Shown here one piece after another: positions 49,641-52,725 of a DNA stretch of 52,725 nucleotides (the first letter of the stretch is position 1; every line of letters begins with the position of its first letter). The DNA comes from Octopus bimaculoides (Eukaryota). A program made the translations under genes and the position numbers. The notes below the pieces were generated by a model. The model was given only the letters and a program-made list of their open reading frames with translations. It did no database searches and had not been told where the DNA came from. Location of the stretch: assembly GCF_001194135.2 (NCBI RefSeq), contig NC_068995.1:51868706-51921430 (forward strand), in the 5' to 3' direction.

Positions 49641-49859
49641 GGTGGTGAGTGGACAAAATCGTTAGCATGCCTGACGAAATGCTTAGCGGTATTTCGACTG
49701 CCGCTACGTTCTGAGTTCAAATTGCGCCTAAGTCGACTTTGCCTTTCATCTCTTCGGGGTCGATTAAATAAGTACCAGTTACGCACTGGGGTCGATGTAA
49801 TTGACTAGTCCCCTCCCGCTGAATTTGGGGCCTTGTGCCTCCAGTAGAAAGGATTATTT
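49641..49859 (+). mobile_element. tRNA-derived SINE family A, full length
   Basis: ggtggtgagtggacaaaatcgttagc...gttctgagttcaaattgcgcc...ggggtcgattaaataagtaccagttacgcactggggtcgatg...ggccttgtgcctccagtagaaaggattatt. Confidence 0.9.
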
Positions 49860-50061
49860 GTAGGTTTATATGATATTCGAGCTCCATTTTCGTTACTATA
49901 TACATACATATATATATAGTGAGAGAGAGAGGGGGGAGAGGGAGAGAGAGGGAGAGAGAGAGATTCCTCATCGAAACTGCTGGCCTAATGCCTAAATCAG
50001 AAACCACTGATTGAAAACTGTAGTCAAAGAACGAAAGAATAAAGAATTCAATTACAGGATT

Positions 50062-50785
50062 NNNNNNNNNNNNNNNNNNNNNNNNNNNNNNNNNNNNNNN
50101 NNNNNNNNNNNNNNNNNNNNNNNNNNNNNNNNNNNNNNNNNNNNNNNNNNNNNNNNNNNNNNNNNNNNNNNNNNNNNNNNNNNNNNNNNNNNNNNNNNNN
50201 NNNNNNNNNNNNNNNNNNNNNNNNNNNNNNNNNNNNNNNNNNNNNNNNNNNNNNNNNNNNNNNNNNNNNNNNNNNNNNNNNNNNNNNNNNNNNNNNNNNN
50301 NNNNNNNNNNNNNNNNNNNNNNNNNNNNNNNNNNNNNNNNNNNNNNNNNNNNNNNNNNNNNNNNNNNNNNNNNNNNNNNNNNNNNNNNNNNNNNNNNNNN
50401 NNNNNNNNNNNNNNNNNNNNNNNNNNNNNNNNNNNNNNNNNNNNNNNNNNNNNNNNNNNNNNNNNNNNNNNNNNNNNNNNNNNNNNNNNNNNNNNNNNNN
50501 NNNNNNNNNNNNNNNNNNNNNNNNNNNNNNNNNNNNNNNNNNNNNNNNNNNNNNNNNNNNNNNNNNNNNNNNNNNNNNNNNNNNNNNNNNNNNNNNNNNN
50601 NNNNNNNNNNNNNNNNNNNNNNNNNNNNNNNNNNNNNNNNNNNNNNNNNNNNNNNNNNNNNNNNNNNNNNNNNNNNNNNNNNNNNNNNNNNNNNNNNNNN
50701 NNNNNNNNNNNNNNNNNNNNNNNNNNNNNNNNNNNNNNNNNNNNNNNNNNNNNNNNNNNNNNNNNNNNNNNNNNNNNNNNNNNNN
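50062..50785. other. Largest of 17 scaffold gaps (others start at about 948, 9751, 15227, 21082, 21698, 24595, 29870, 32596, 36097, 36776, 38178, 45362, 46130, 48269, 49241, 51466)
   Basis: Runs of N, most bordered by (TA)n or (CA)n, which is typical of a short-read assembly breaking at microsatellites. Confidence 0.98.
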
Positions 50786-50837
<52 letters not shown>

Positions 50838-52109
50838 TATGCATACAGATAAAGCAGAAACGACCGCACGTAGACGCTCATAAAGATGTAAGCATTGCGC
50901 ATGTTCCGAGGCAGACACGCAGAGAAGAGCTCCAACGTCGATATGTCCGATAATACAAACACAAAAGTACACATTTACGCGTATACAATTGGGTCTCCTG
51001 CCAATTAGCGTACACCTAGATAAGCATAGACACACACATTCACACACATATAAACCCATGCACAGTTGAGTTCTGTGGGAATTTTACATCCACGTACGAA
51101 CAGAAGCTGGTGAACGTTTGCAATAGAATTTAGAATGAATGCACATTCACACTCGTACACATACACACGTATGCATGCCTGCACGAACACATTCGCATAC
51201 ACACGTATTTATGTATGTATATATACGTGTATGCATACGAATATGCATGTATGTATGTAATGTGTGTTTATGTGTATGTATGTATGTATGTATGCGTGTG
51301 AGAATGTATGCCTGTATAAATACACTTCATGTCAATGACTTTGAGTAAGCGAGTGCATTGCCTCTTATAGAAGAAAACAGACGTAAGCTGAAGAAGTTGA
51401 TTACGTAATTCCTGTTCCTTTGTCATTCTCTCCCCCTCTCTCTCTTTATATATATATATATATATNNNNNNNNNNNNNNNNNNNNNNNNNNNNNNNNNNN
51501 NNNNNNNNNNNNNNNNNNNNNNNNNNNNNNNNNNNNNNNNNNNNNNNNNNNNNNNNNNNNNNNNNNNNNNNNNNNNNNNNNNNNNNNNNNNNNNNNNNNN
51601 NNNNNNNNNNNNNNNNNNNNNNNNNNNNNNNNNNNNNNNNNNNNNNNNNNNNNNNNNNNNNNNNNNNNNNNNNNNNNNNNNNNNNNNNNNNNNNNNNNNN
51701 NNNNNNNNNNNNNNNNNNNNNNNNNNNNNNNNNNNNNNNNNNNNNNNNNNNNNNNNNNNNNNNNNNNNNNNNNNNNNNNNNNNNNNNNNNNNNNNNNNNN
51801 NNNNNNNNNNNNNNNNNNNNNNNNNNNNNNNNNNNNNNNNNNNNNNNNNNNNNNNNNNNNNATTAAAAAGCAGCAAAAATATCACAAAAAATGCTGTGGT
51901 ATTTTCTGTGATATGTTTGCTGCTTTTTAAAAAAGCATATAACTCTACCTCTGGTATTCGAGTAATATTTTTTCCACCTTGTTTCGCATTTACGTGCTTA
52001 CTCTGGTATATACATATATACATACATGTGTGTGTGTGTGTGTGTGTGTGTATTTATATGTATATATATGTATACGGATATGTGGGAGTATTTGTGTGTA
52101 TGTGTTTAT

Positions 52110-52148
<39 letters not shown>

Positions 52149-52676
52149 TGATAGGGAGAGAGAAAACGCTGAATTATACGAGAAAGATAGGTATTAAAAG
52201 ACATTGCTGGAATCTCTCATCATGATGGAAAGTTTTGCAAATTAACTCGCATGAGAAATGAATGCATCTGAGTGAATCACAACAATATCTACACAGCTAC
52301 AAATGCAAACACACACACACACAAAACAACATAGATGCACAGTTACGTATACTCACAGGCACAAATATTTCGTTGTCAGAGAGATGAATAGTTTTTACAC
52401 TTAATGTAGAACGCAAATAGGTTTAGAAAAATTATGAATGCTACAATATCAAGATAGTACATATATTTTTATCTTTCCATCAACTACAGTGGTTCTTCAA
52501 AAGAAACTGATAATTATATCAGAACGTACACGCTGACACGTAGAATAGAATTGTAAACAAAAAGATTTTAAACACCAGTTTATAAACAATGATATACATA
52601 TACACACACACACACACACGCACGCACATATACCTATATATCATGTGTGTGTTTGTATATACACGTATGTATATAT

Positions 52677-52725
<49 letters not shown>

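Overview
Non-coding, AT-rich eukaryotic DNA, either intergenic or inside a very large intron. I could not support any protein-coding gene: the ORFs in the supplied track are microsatellite translations, gap-spanning artefacts, antisense SINE frames or short frames with no recognisable family. The window is dominated by di-, tri- and tetranucleotide microsatellites and by 17 scaffold gaps (about 5 kb of N, mostly flanked by microsatellites). It also holds more than 30 copies or fragments of several tRNA-derived SINE families, labelled A-E here for convenience. From memory these resemble octopus SINEs, so a coleoid cephalopod (probably Octopus) is my inference, not a database result. The best find is a complete type I hammerhead ribozyme fold at 28331-28383 (+). 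It has an intact CUGAUGA/GAAA/GUA core, three helices and a near-palindromic helix III, the architecture known from Penelope-like retroelements. Other notable structures are two foldback/MITE-like elements (9243-9468, 21490-21685), a near-perfect 54-nt hairpin (40447-40500), a template-switch repair scar (11012-11236), a 15-bp tandem array (16632-16706) and closely spaced inverted SINEs that could form dsRNA. Boundaries of degraded SINE copies are approximate (about 10-20 bp).
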